A DNA stretch of 64,000 nt from an uncultured Gemmatimonadaceae bacterium. GTDB lineage: Bacteria > Gemmatimonadota > Gemmatimonadetes > Gemmatimonadales > Gemmatimonadaceae. Of the stretch, positions 41,515 to 50,757 are shown piece by piece. A model generated the notes under the pieces. It made no database searches. It was not told where the DNA came from and saw only the letters and a program-made list of their open reading frames with translations. The stretch lies in assembly GCA_963790305.1 (NCBI GenBank), contig CAWBOC010000001.1:32001-96000 (forward strand), given 5' to 3'. Every line of letters begins with the position of its first letter. The first letter of the stretch is position 1. The position numbers and the translations under genes were made by a program.

Positions 41515-41597
41515 CGCTAGGGGCGCGGGAATAGCGCTACAACTTCGACTGCGCCACCTGGCGCTTCTCCAGCGCTCCTAGCGCTCTTCCAGCGCTT
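41513..41597. repeat. Degenerate AGCGCT-core repeat element
   Basis: agcgctaggggcgcgggaatagcgct ... ggcgcttctccagcgctcctagcgctcttccagcgct. Confidence 0.7.
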
Positions 41598-41652
41598 TAC
41601 AGGGTTCCTAGATTACGTCACCGAACCAACTCACTCACACCAGCCACGCGAA

Positions 41653-42654
41653 ATGGCCCGCACGAAGCGCGAGAAGTTCATCATTGGGGTCGATCTCGGC
41701 GGCACCAACATCGTCGTCGGCGCGATGCCGGTCGATGGGAGTCGCGAGATCAGCATGCGGGCCGAGCCCACGCATTCCGAGCGCGGGCCCGAGGCGGTCG
41801 TCGATCGCATCGTCGCCATGCTCGAGCAGACGATGGCCGAGGCCATGGAACAGTCGAACGCGGCGCGAAAGGATTTTCTCGGCGTCGGCATTGGCGCGCC
41901 GGGACCACTCGATCGCGAGCGCGGCATGGTGATCGTCGCGCCCAACCTGGGCTGGTACGACTTTCCGCTGCGCGATGTCATCGCCGAGCGGGTTCGCCTC
42001 GAGGCGACGCTCGACAATGACGCGAACTGCGCAACGGTGGGCGAGTGGTGGCGGGGCGCCGCACGAGGGGGCCGGAACGTGGTCGGCCTAACGATCGGTA
42101 CCGGCATCGGCGGCGGTCTCATTTTCGATGGTCAGCTCTATCACGGCGCCTCCGACGTGGCCGGAGAGATTGGCCACACGACCATCGACTCGACCGGGCG
42201 CCACTGCAAGTGCGGCAACTACGGGTGCCTCGAGGCGTACGCCTCGGGACCCGCGATCGCGCTGCGCGCTCGCGAGGCGCTCGATCGGGATGAGGTGTCG
42301 ATGCTGCGCAAGATGGTGCACGACAATGTCGATGCGATCACGGCCGCGACGGTGTACGAAGCGGCGAACAAGGGGGACGCGCTGGCACTGGAGGTCGTGC
42401 GCGATACCGCCAAGTTCCTCGGGACGGGCGTCGCCAATCTGCTCAACGTGTTCAATCCCAATGTGGTCGTGATCGCGGGCGGCGTGACGAAGGCGGGCGA
42501 CAAGCTGTTCGAGCCGCTGCGCGCGGAAGTGAAGCGACGCGCCTTCCGGCCGGCGGTGGAAGCGTGCCGCATCGTGCCGGGTATCCTCCCGGGGACCGCC
42601 GGCGTGGTGGGGGCGATCGCGACGTTCAAGGCTCAAAAATTGGGGGAGGTTTGA
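41653..42654 (+). CDS. ROK family sugar kinase (glucokinase-like)
   Basis: 'GVDLGGT', 'DNDANC', 'GTGIGGG', 'GEIGH', 'CKCGNYGCLE'. Confidence 0.95.
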   Translation: MARTKREKFIIGVDLGGTNIVVGAMPVDGSREISMRAEPTHSERGPEAVVDRIVAMLEQTMAEAMEQSNAARKDFLGVGIGAPGPLDRERGMVIVAPNLGWYDFPLRDVIAERVRLEATLDNDANCATVGEWWRGAARGGRNVVGLTIGTGIGGGLIFDGQLYHGASDVAGEIGHTTIDSTGRHCKCGNYGCLEAYASGPAIALRAREALDRDEVSMLRKMVHDNVDAITAATVYEAANKGDALALEVVRDTAKFLGTGVANLLNVFNPNVVVIAGGVTKAGDKLFEPLRAEVKRRAFRPAVEACRIVPGILPGTAGVVGAIATFKAQKLGEV

Positions 42655-42655
42655 C

Positions 42656-42737
42656 GCGAATGCGGAATACGGAAGGCGGAATGGTGAACCAACTGGGAGA
42701 AGAGGCTCCCATTCCGCATTCCGCATCCCGTATTCGC
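42656..42737. repeat. 7-mer (GCGGAAT) inverted-arm element inside the 5' end of the PfkB gene
   Basis: gcgaatgcggaatacggaaggcggaatgg ... ccattccgcattccgcatcccgtattcgc. Confidence 0.85.
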
Positions 42738-43697
42738 CGTTTGGGTGTCATCGGCACCTTCGTTTGGGACACGATTCACGGCCGCGACGCGCGGCAAGTT
42801 CCGGTCGAGGAGTGGGGCGGGATCACGTACGCCCTGAGCGCGCTCAATGCCGCGCTACCGGAACACTGGGAGATCGTGCCCGTCATGAAAGTCGGGCAGG
42901 ATCTCGCCACCCGAGCGCGCGAGTTCATCACGGGGTTGCGGCGCATGGCGCCCGATGCCGCGCTCGTCGAGGTGCCCTACCCCAACAATCGTGTCGAGCT
43001 CCGCTACGAGACGATGGATCGTCGCACGGAGCACCTAACGGGCGGCGTGCCTCCGTGGACCTGGCTCGGGCTCAAGCCACTGATCACGGACCTCGATGCG
43101 CTGTACGTCAACTTCATCAGTGGCTTCGAGCTCGATCTGGAGACGTCGACGCTGCTGCGACAGCACTTTCGCGGACCCATCTATGCGGACCTGCACTCGC
43201 TCATGCTCGCCGTGCAGCCCGATGGTCTCCGAACGCTGCAGCCGCTGCCCGACGTCGCCGCGTGGTGTCGCTGCTTCGACGTCATTCAGGTGAACGAGAA
43301 CGAGATGTCGATGATGGCACCCGACCCAATGGCGCTGGCCGCCACCGCGCTCGCGAACAACGTGCGCTGCCTGAACGTCACGCTGGCGGGAAAGGGCGCC
43401 GTGTTCTTCGCCGCTCCGGGGTTCGAGCGGCTCGCCGACCTCGACGCACGCCCACCGCTCGGCGCCGCCCTCGGCCCGATTCGCACGGCGCTCATTCCGG
43501 CCACCGCCTCACTGTCCGCCGGCGACCCCACCGGGTGCGGCGACGTGTGGGGCGCGACGTATTTCTCGCGGCTGCTCGCCGGTGATAGCTTGACGGTGGC
43601 GATGCGCGCGGCCCACGACGCGGCCGGTCGCAACGTCGAACATCGGGGGGCCACCGGGCTCGCCGGCCATCTGCGCGGAGAGCTCAGCTCACGATGA
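42660..43697 (+). CDS. PfkB/ribokinase-family carbohydrate kinase
   Basis: 'LGVIGTFVWD', 'WGGITY', 'QVNENE', C-terminal 'DPTGCGDVWGA'; start at ATG 42660 or TTG 42651. Confidence 0.85.
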   Translation: MRNTEGGMVNQLGEEAPIPHSASRIRRLGVIGTFVWDTIHGRDARQVPVEEWGGITYALSALNAALPEHWEIVPVMKVGQDLATRAREFITGLRRMAPDAALVEVPYPNNRVELRYETMDRRTEHLTGGVPPWTWLGLKPLITDLDALYVNFISGFELDLETSTLLRQHFRGPIYADLHSLMLAVQPDGLRTLQPLPDVAAWCRCFDVIQVNENEMSMMAPDPMALAATALANNVRCLNVTLAGKGAVFFAAPGFERLADLDARPPLGAALGPIRTALIPATASLSAGDPTGCGDVWGATYFSRLLAGDSLTVAMRAAHDAAGRNVEHRGATGLAGHLRGELSSR

Positions 43698-44578
43698 CGA
43701 CCGTCATCAACATCCCACCGTCATTGGATGACCGCACGTTCGAGTCGGTGCTGCAGCAGCTCGCCCCGCTGCCGCCCGATGAGAAGGTGCTGATCGACAC
43801 CCGGCACACACGGTGGGCATCGCCCTACGGACTCACCGCGCTCCTCGTGCTCGCGCAGACCCGCGCGGAGCGACCGGCGTTGTACGCCCCGGAGGCGGAA
43901 GAGACGGCCTCGTACTGGGCGCGCGCGCAGTTCTTTCGCTACGCCGAAGGGCTGTTCGAGATGCACGGCTCGGTGCCGCGCGCGCGCGGCGCCGGCGAAT
44001 CCGATGTGCTGCTGGAAATCACGCCCGTCGCGAAGAGCGAGGACGTGCACGAGGTCGTGGGCCGCATTCAGACGAAAGCGCAGGCGATTCTGGCGAAGGA
44101 GCTCAATCTCGATCCGCGCGCGACGATGGGCTTCGCGATGACGCTGTCGGAGGCCTGCCAGAACATCGTGGAGCACGCCGGACGCGGCGGATGGGTGGCC
44201 GTCCAGACCTATCGGTGGCAGAAGCGACTCGGGCGACGCGTGGTTCAGATCGCCGTCTGTGATGCCGGCATCGGGTTCCGCCAGTCGCTCGAGAGTGCAC
44301 AAGGTCGTCGAGGTGACCGATGGGATGATGCGATGGCGCTGGAAGATGCAGTCATTCGCTCGGTGTCAAGGTTCCGCGATGCGGGTCGCGGCCAGGGACT
44401 TGCGGGTATCCGTCGCTACGTCGGCCGATGGGACGGGAAGTTGTCGATTCGAAGCGGAACAGCTAGAATCGCGATCGTTCCGAGTTGGGATGAAGACATC
44501 CCGCTCGAGGAACAGCTTCCCCCGTTTCCTGGAGCGCAGGTGCTGATCACGATTCCAGAGCGGACCGCCGCGCGGTGA
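43694..44578 (+). CDS. STAS-like + GHKL (HATPase_c) protein, putative anti-sigma-type Ser kinase
   Basis: N-box 'LSEACQNIVEHA', G1 'VCDAGIGF', G2 'RGQGLAGI'; no HisKA domain; N-terminal 'VLID....RWASPYGL'. Confidence 0.75.
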   Translation: MTTVINIPPSLDDRTFESVLQQLAPLPPDEKVLIDTRHTRWASPYGLTALLVLAQTRAERPALYAPEAEETASYWARAQFFRYAEGLFEMHGSVPRARGAGESDVLLEITPVAKSEDVHEVVGRIQTKAQAILAKELNLDPRATMGFAMTLSEACQNIVEHAGRGGWVAVQTYRWQKRLGRRVVQIAVCDAGIGFRQSLESAQGRRGDRWDDAMALEDAVIRSVSRFRDAGRGQGLAGIRRYVGRWDGKLSIRSGTARIAIVPSWDEDIPLEEQLPPFPGAQVLITIPERTAAR

Positions 44579-45159
44579 TCAACCACATCGACCTCGGCAC
44601 GGTGCTACGCCGCACCGTCTGCGACCTCTACTCCGATCTCGTCACGCGGCCCACCGGCGCCGCCGTCCGCTCCGGCATCGAGCAGCAGCTCGCCGACGCC
44701 AAGGAGCGCACCCTCACCGTCATCGACTTCACTCACGTCGGCCTGCTCGACTACTCATGCGCCAATGAGATCGTCGCCAAGCTTCTCGTCAGCTATTGCG
44801 AACCCGCCGGAGAGCGCGCCAGCGTCGCCCGGCTCGTTGCGCCACGCGACTGCTACTTCCTGTTCAAGGGCGTGAGCGATTCGCACCTCGATGCGATCGA
44901 CGCTGTGCTCACACGTCGTGGCCTCGCGCTCGTGGCGCAGACCGATGACGGACTGCCGCTGCTCATCGGGACCGTGGACGATCGCGAGCGACGCGCCTGG
45001 GAAGCAGTGACGCGATTGGGCCGCGCGCTCCCGGCCGATATCGCGGGTGAGGTGGGCCTCGAGGAGCCGCAAGCCGAATTGCTGCTCAACGGACTGTCCC
45101 GGCGGCGACTCATCATGCGCTTCGACGAGGGCTACGTCGCCGTCGGCACGGGACCGTGA
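44575..45159 (+). CDS. STAS-like (DUF4325-like) + winged-helix protein
   Basis: 'LVTRPTGAAVR..IE', 'VIDFTHVGLLDYSCANEIVAKL'; C-terminal HTH-like 'PADIAGEVGLEEPQAELLLNGLSRRRLI'. Confidence 0.65.
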   Translation: MINHIDLGTVLRRTVCDLYSDLVTRPTGAAVRSGIEQQLADAKERTLTVIDFTHVGLLDYSCANEIVAKLLVSYCEPAGERASVARLVAPRDCYFLFKGVSDSHLDAIDAVLTRRGLALVAQTDDGLPLLIGTVDDRERRAWEAVTRLGRALPADIAGEVGLEEPQAELLLNGLSRRRLIMRFDEGYVAVGTGP

Positions 45160-45467
45160 TGCGGTACGAACGCTACAACCCTCCCCTGTCGGTGGTGGGA
45201 TTCGTGGCGACGCGGGCAACGGATACCGATCGCGGACCGCAAATCAGCATGCGTGGTGAGGACGCGCGCATGCGTCTGCTGCAGGACGGCGAGCTGGTAT
45301 GGCTCTACGGCCCGCGACGACACGAGCTCGTGACGGTTCGTATCGACGATGCCCTTCCCCGTGGCAGCGTCATTCTTCGCGATGTGGCAGGCACCGCTCC
45401 CGCCGACGTGGTACGCGTGGTGAAGGTCGACCCCGACATTCCTCGAGAGATCGGGCATCTCGCATAG
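45159..45467 (+). CDS. Stand-alone molybdopterin-dinucleotide-binding-like (double-psi barrel) protein
   Basis: 'ISMRGEDARMRLLQDGELVWL.GPR....VTVRIDD.LPRGSV' matches the pattern of the molydop_binding C-domain. Confidence 0.65.
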   Translation: MRYERYNPPLSVVGFVATRATDTDRGPQISMRGEDARMRLLQDGELVWLYGPRRHELVTVRIDDALPRGSVILRDVAGTAPADVVRVVKVDPDIPREIGHLA

Positions 45468-45520
45468 GCTATGACAAACCGCGAGCTGCGACCCGCAGCT
45501 TTCCTAACGCCGAAGCCTGC

Positions 45521-46678
45521 ATGACACGCAAGACTCGACCGCAAGGCGTCTCCACCGTTGCCGTCCACGGTGGGCACGACAAACGGGATACCGATACGCC
45601 CATCGTGGCCCCGCTCTACCAGAGCGTGAACTTCGTGCAGGAGATCGGCACCGCCGAAGGGCTGCGCTATCCTCGCTATGGCAACGTACCCAACGCCGAG
45701 ATCGTGGCGCGACGCGTCGCGCTGCTCGAGGGGGCGGAGGCCGGCATCGTGCTGGCGAGCGGTATGGGCGCAACCGCATGCGCGCTGCTGGCGCTGTTGC
45801 GACCGGGCGACCACCTGCTCGCCAGCTCCTGGGTGTACGGAGGGACGCACCGTCTCTTCACCCAGGAGTTCGAGGCGATGGGTATTGGCGTCACGCTCGT
45901 CGATCCCACCGAGTCGCGAGGGTGGCGGCGCCGGCTTCGCAAAGAGACCCGCGCGATCTTCGTCGAGACGCCGGTGAATCCCACCTGTCGCGTGCTCGAT
46001 TTGCGTGGCGCGAGCCACCTGACGAAAGAGAACGGGCTGGCGCTCGTCGTCGATTCGACGTTCGCAAGCCCGGTGAACTTTCGCCCGCTCGAGCATGGGG
46101 CCGACGTCGTCATCCACTCGGGGACTAAGTATCTCAATGGCCATCACGACGTGATGGCGGGCGTGGTGGCCGGCACCGCTCCGTACATCGAGGAGGTGCG
46201 GCAGAAGATGATGGTCTGGGGTCAAGCGCCAGACCCCTTCGCGGTGTGGCTTCTCGACCGCGGGCTGAAGACGCTCGACGTCCGCGTCCGCCGCCAGAAC
46301 GAGAATGCGGCGCGCATCGCGTCGTGGGCGGAGGGTCGGAAAGAGATCCGTCACGTGCATTATGCGGGGCTCCCGGACCATCAGGACCACGAGGTCGCTC
46401 GCACCACGCTCGACGGCTTCGGCGGCATGCTCGCACTCGAGCTGCTCGGCGGAGCGAAGGCAGCGGACCGCTTCGTGAGACGGCTCAAAGTGTGGATACA
46501 TGCCACGAGCCTCGGGGGCGTGGAGTCGCTAGTGAGCGAGCCGCGATTCACTTCTCATGCGCACCTGTCCTCGGAGCAGCGGGCGAAGGTCGGCATCCCG
46601 GACGGGTTCGTCCGGCTGAGCGTCGGTATCGAGGACGCCGAGGATCTTATCGCCGACCTCGAGCAGGCGCTGCGGTGA
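45521..46678 (+). CDS. PLP-dependent trans-sulfuration enzyme (cystathionine gamma-lyase/synthase family)
   Basis: 'YPRYGN.P', 'ASGMGA', 'ETPVNP', 'HSGTKYLNGH', 'SLGGVESL', 'RLSVGIED'. Confidence 0.93.
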   Translation: MTRKTRPQGVSTVAVHGGHDKRDTDTPIVAPLYQSVNFVQEIGTAEGLRYPRYGNVPNAEIVARRVALLEGAEAGIVLASGMGATACALLALLRPGDHLLASSWVYGGTHRLFTQEFEAMGIGVTLVDPTESRGWRRRLRKETRAIFVETPVNPTCRVLDLRGASHLTKENGLALVVDSTFASPVNFRPLEHGADVVIHSGTKYLNGHHDVMAGVVAGTAPYIEEVRQKMMVWGQAPDPFAVWLLDRGLKTLDVRVRRQNENAARIASWAEGRKEIRHVHYAGLPDHQDHEVARTTLDGFGGMLALELLGGAKAADRFVRRLKVWIHATSLGGVESLVSEPRFTSHAHLSSEQRAKVGIPDGFVRLSVGIEDAEDLIADLEQALR

Positions 46679-47838
46679 CGGAGCCGATCGCGGAAGGCCC
46701 CGGCGACCGGCGGCGCGTCGAGCGGCGCATCAGTCAACGCGTCGCGGATCTGACGCTGCCGGAATTCCGCCGGATCATTCTCACGTCGCTGCTGTTCGTG
46801 ATCGTGCTGTCGCTGTTCCTGTGGATGGTGCGTGTCGTCGTCATCGCCGCCATCCTGGCCGTGATCGTCGCGGTGTACGTGCGCCCGCTCTATCTCTGGC
46901 TGCTCGTGCGGCTGAAACGCCCGGTGGCGGCGGCGCTCGTCACGATTCTCATTGTCGTCGTCCCGGTGCTGGCCGCGATCGCGTACAGCTACGCGGAGCT
47001 CAGCAGCGCCGCGGAGTACATCGCCGCGAACGAGGCCGACATCGTGGCGCGCATCGATGCGGCCGTTCGGCGGTTGCCCTTCATGCGGGGTGAGACCTTC
47101 ACCGAGCAGATCCGCGCGTTCGTCGCCAGCACTTCGCTTTACGGCTCGCGAATCGTCGGCGCCCTTCAGGAAACCATCGTCGAGGTGGCGGTCTCCTCCG
47201 CGATCTTCCTCTTTACGCTGGGGTATATCCTCACCGACGCCGAGGCTGTCACCGCCTACATTCGCGGAAAGATTCCGCCCCGGTACTCGGAGCTCTCGAC
47301 GGCGCTGGAGCACAACGTCGAAGGAGTGCTCTACGGGGCGATCTACGCGACCCTGGTGACACAGACGGTCAAGTCGCTCGTCATCCTCGGGATGAACCTG
47401 GTGTTCAACGTGCCGCTCGCGGCGGTGCTGGCTCTGCTCTCGTTCGTCATCGGCTTCTTTCCAATCGTCGGGTCCTGGAGCGTGTACGTCCCGGTCGCGA
47501 TCTGGCTGGCTATCTTCCGCGAGGCCTACGTCTCTTCGGTACTCGTGCTCCTGATCGGGTTCCTCGGGAACACGCTCTTCATGTCGATGTATCTACGACC
47601 AAAGCTCGCGGCAAAGAAATCGCGGGTGCTCAACTTCTACTGGATGTTCATTGGCCTTGTCACCGGTGTGTACACCTTTGGTATCGTCGGCATCCTCCTC
47701 GGCCCGATCGTGATCGGCCTGCTGAAGGCCGTCTTCGACACGGTCACCGCGCAGACGAGCTGGCGTCTTCTCGACACCGAGGAATACCCGGCCGCGGGGA
47801 CGTCGACCGTGCTCCCCGCCGCCAGCGACGCGCGATGA
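46675..47838 (+). CDS. AI-2E family transporter
   Basis: Multi-TM; 'FPIVGS', 'YLRPKL', 'FGIVGILLGP'; GTGA overlap with the upstream stop. Confidence 0.88.
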   Translation: MTEPIAEGPGDRRRVERRISQRVADLTLPEFRRIILTSLLFVIVLSLFLWMVRVVVIAAILAVIVAVYVRPLYLWLLVRLKRPVAAALVTILIVVVPVLAAIAYSYAELSSAAEYIAANEADIVARIDAAVRRLPFMRGETFTEQIRAFVASTSLYGSRIVGALQETIVEVAVSSAIFLFTLGYILTDAEAVTAYIRGKIPPRYSELSTALEHNVEGVLYGAIYATLVTQTVKSLVILGMNLVFNVPLAAVLALLSFVIGFFPIVGSWSVYVPVAIWLAIFREAYVSSVLVLLIGFLGNTLFMSMYLRPKLAAKKSRVLNFYWMFIGLVTGVYTFGIVGILLGPIVIGLLKAVFDTVTAQTSWRLLDTEEYPAAGTSTVLPAASDAR

Positions 47839-48545
47839 TCCGATTCATCCATGTCAGCAAGGAGTACGCACGCGGTGGGCTGGCGCTGGACGACGTATCC
47901 TTTCACATCGCCAAAGGCGAGTTCGCGTTTCTCACCGGCCCGAGCGGCGCGGGGAAGTCGACGATTCTCAAGCTGGTGTACATGGAGGAGCTTCCGACCG
48001 AGGGGGACGTGCGTGTCGCCGGCGTGCATTCGGGATCGGTGCGCCGCACCGAGATCGCGCAGCTCCGCCGAAAGCTCGGGGTGGTCTTTCAGGATTTTCG
48101 ACTGCTCGAGGAGCGCACCGCCGAACAGAACATCGCGTTTGCGCTGGAAGTCACCGATGCTCCCCGCGCCTCCATCGCGACGAAGGTCTCGCGGTTGCTC
48201 ACGCAGGTGGGCCTGAGCTCCAAGGCCAACGCTCTGCCCCGCGAGCTCTCCGGCGGAGAGCAGCAGCGCGTGGCGATCGCCCGCGCACTCGTCAACGACC
48301 CCTTCGTCCTCATCGCCGACGAGCCCACGGGCAATCTCGACGATCGTGCAACGCGCGGCGTGTTTCAGCTGCTGCGGGACATCAACGCCGCCGGAACCGC
48401 CGTGCTGATGGCGACGCACAACCTCGAGCTCGTGAGGCGGTCGGATTATCGCGTGATCGAAATGAATCGTGGCCAGATCGTTTACGACTCCGCGGAAGCC
48501 GCGGCGGCTGATGCCGCCGCGGATGGCCGGTCGACGCCTGCCTGA
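47835..48545 (+). CDS. ftsE: Cell division ATP-binding protein FtsE
   Basis: '[12 protein letters not shown]', '[11 protein letters not shown]', '[14 protein letters not shown]'; precedes ftsX. Confidence 0.93.
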   Translation: MIRFIHVSKEYARGGLALDDVSFHIAKGEFAFLTGPSGAGKSTILKLVYMEELPTEGDVRVAGVHSGSVRRTEIAQLRRKLGVVFQDFRLLEERTAEQNIAFALEVTDAPRASIATKVSRLLTQVGLSSKANALPRELSGGEQQRVAIARALVNDPFVLIADEPTGNLDDRATRGVFQLLRDINAAGTAVLMATHNLELVRRSDYRVIEMNRGQIVYDSAEAAAADAAADGRSTPA

Positions 48546-49393
48546 TGCGACTCACCCTACGCGAGACGCTGCTGGCATTCCGGCGGGCCCCCCTCCTGAG
48601 TGCCCTGAGCGTGATGACGATCGCTTTCAGCCTCTTCTCCCTGGGGCTGTTCGTGCTCGTGGCCGTGAACATCCGCGACGCCCTTCAGCAAGTCGAAGAG
48701 CGCGTCGAGATTCGCGCCTACATCGCTGACGGCACGCCGATCGAGGCGCTCGCCGCAGCACTGGGTGACATTGGCTCGTTCCCCGAGGTTGCCCGCGCCG
48801 ATGGAATCTCACAGGAGGAGGCGCTGGAGCGCGCCCGGGCGGAGCTTGGCGAGTTCCGCGATGTGTTCGATGCCGCCTTTCTGCCCGCGTCGATCGAAGT
48901 GCGGCTCAAACCGGGGTTCCGCGATCCCGAGACCGTGAGCGCCGTCGCCGCACGTATTCGAACCTATCCGTTCGTGGACGACGTGCGATTCGGCGAGGAG
49001 TGGGTGCGCAAGCTGTACAACATTCGCAACCTCGCCACGGCGGCCGGGATCATTCTCGGGGTCGCCTTCGCGGCGGTCGCAATCATCATCATCGGAGCAA
49101 CGATCCGCATGGCGGTGCTCGCGCGGGGGCGCGAGATCTCGATCATGAGGCTGGTCGGAGCAACCGACGGCTTCATTCGCCGGCCCTTCCTTTTGGAAGG
49201 ATTGGCAAAGGGCATTCTCGGCGGTGTCCTGGCGCTCGCGCTCACGTACTTCGCGCATTCGCTCATCTCGCGCACCCTCGTCGCCACGCGGTTTTTCGAC
49301 GAGCGCATCATCATCGCGGGCATCGCCTTTGGCGCGCTGATCGGCTTTCTCGGAAGCGCCGTGTCCGTCGGGCGGCATCTCCGACGGGTTTAG
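48545..49393 (+). CDS. ftsX: Cell division permease FtsX
   Basis: 'EISIMRLVGATDGFIRRPFLLEG', four TM helices. Confidence 0.93.
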   Translation: MRLTLRETLLAFRRAPLLSALSVMTIAFSLFSLGLFVLVAVNIRDALQQVEERVEIRAYIADGTPIEALAAALGDIGSFPEVARADGISQEEALERARAELGEFRDVFDAAFLPASIEVRLKPGFRDPETVSAVAARIRTYPFVDDVRFGEEWVRKLYNIRNLATAAGIILGVAFAAVAIIIIGATIRMAVLARGREISIMRLVGATDGFIRRPFLLEGLAKGILGGVLALALTYFAHSLISRTLVATRFFDERIIIAGIAFGALIGFLGSAVSVGRHLRRV

Positions 49394-49398
49394 GCAAC

Positions 49399-49487
49399 AT
49401 GGAACCGCAAATGGCCGCAGATGGCCGCAGCAGCTGCAAGCCACAGTTGAACTGGCTGCGGCATTCTGCGGCCATCTGCGGTTCCAT
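49399..49487. repeat. 10-mer (CCGCAGATGG) inverted-arm element at the start of envC
   Basis: atggaaccgcaaatggccgcagatggccgcagc ... gctgcggcattctgcggccatctgcggttccat. Confidence 0.85.
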
Positions 49488-50637
49488 TGTGCTGCTTCTA
49501 GCCGTAAGCGCTACGGCGGGCGCACAACAATCACCCGAAGCACGGCTGCGCGCCGAGCAGGCTCGGCTCGAGCAGCTGCGTCGCGAGCGGGAGCAGCTCG
49601 AGACGCGCATGCGGGAGCTGCGGGGCACGGTGCACGACCTCTCGGCGGAAGTCGCGAACATCGATCGTCAGGCGGACATGACCGCGCGCGCGGTTCGGTC
49701 GCTCGAATCGCAACTCGTGTCCATTGGCGAGGCGGTCGACTCCTCCACCGGCGACCTCGTGCGGGCCGAGGACGAGCTCGTGGTCAAGCGAGCGATGCTG
49801 CGCGGCCGGCTGATCGACATTTACAAGCGCGGGCCGCTCCACGCGGTCGAGGCGCTGTTGGCGGCGCAGTCATTTGGCGAGCTCGTCTCACGCTACAAGT
49901 ATCTGCATCTACTGGCGCTTCGAGACCGCGCGCTCGTGGAACGCGTCGAGCAGCTCCGCAACCGGGTCCGCCGACAGCGCGGCAACCTCGTGCGCTTTCA
50001 GCGGGACATCGAGCGGACGCGGGAAGAGCGGGCGTTCGAGGAGAAGCGGCTGCGCGACCTCGAGCGCGAGCGCGCACGGAGTCTCGCAGCGACGCAGCGC
50101 CGCGCCCGCGACACCGAGGCCCGGCTGCGGCGCATCGCGCGCGACGAACAGCGACTGACGAACGTGATCGCGGAGCTGGAGGCTGCGCGCCGCCGAGCCG
50201 GTGGTGCTGGCGGCCGCGCCAACAGCACGATTCGGACGAGCGACCTCGGCCGTCTCGATTGGCCGGTGGAGGGCGAGATCATCTACAACTTCGGCCGGGT
50301 CGTGAATCCCAACAACACGACGACGCGGTGGAACGGGATCGGCATCGCGGCTTCCGAGGGCACGCCGGTGAAAGCGGTCTCGGCCGGGAGCGTCGTCGTC
50401 TCGGAGACGTTCGGGACCTACGGGCTGACGGTGATCGTCCAGCACGGCGGTGGCGACTACTCGGTGTACGGATCGCTGAGCCGCCTGAGCGTGCAGAAGG
50501 GCTCCGTCGTCAGCAAAGGCCAGGTGCTGGGGTATGTGGGAGCCGCCGATCCCGAGCTCCCACCGCACCTGCATTTCGAGATGCGCCCGCAGGGGCGAGC
50601 GGTGGATCCGCTGGAATGGCTGCGCGGAAGACAGTAG
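49399..50637 (+). CDS. envC: EnvC-like coiled-coil + M23/LytM protein
   Basis: Signal peptide, long coiled coil, 'LDWPVEG', degenerate 'WNGIGI', 'HLHFEMR'; follows ftsEX; exact start uncertain. Confidence 0.85.
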   Translation: MEPQMAADGRSSCKPQLNWLRHSAAICGSIVLLLAVSATAGAQQSPEARLRAEQARLEQLRREREQLETRMRELRGTVHDLSAEVANIDRQADMTARAVRSLESQLVSIGEAVDSSTGDLVRAEDELVVKRAMLRGRLIDIYKRGPLHAVEALLAAQSFGELVSRYKYLHLLALRDRALVERVEQLRNRVRRQRGNLVRFQRDIERTREERAFEEKRLRDLERERARSLAATQRRARDTEARLRRIARDEQRLTNVIAELEAARRRAGGAGGRANSTIRTSDLGRLDWPVEGEIIYNFGRVVNPNNTTTRWNGIGIAASEGTPVKAVSAGSVVVSETFGTYGLTVIVQHGGGDYSVYGSLSRLSVQKGSVVSKGQVLGYVGAADPELPPHLHFEMRPQGRAVDPLEWLRGRQ

Positions 50638-50644
50638 TCGGAAG

Positions 50645-50757
50645 AGGCGCTAAGAAGGCGCTAAGGGCGCTAAGGGCGCTAAGGGCGCTAAGGGCGCTCG
50701 CGGTCGCCCTTCAGCGCCTCTAGCGCCTCTAGCGCCTCTAGCGCCTTTAGCGCCTCT
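50645..50757. repeat. 9-mer inverted-arm element (AAGGGCGCT / AGCGCCTCT, about five units each)
   Basis: aggcgctaagaaggcgctaagggcgctaagggcgctaagggcgctaagggcgct ... agcgcctctagcgcctctagcgcctctagcgcctttagcgcctct. Confidence 0.95.

Noticed and set aside
50645..50757. Repeat arrays as possible CRISPR arrays
   Set aside because: Units are 7-10 bp with no unique spacers, and no cas genes are present
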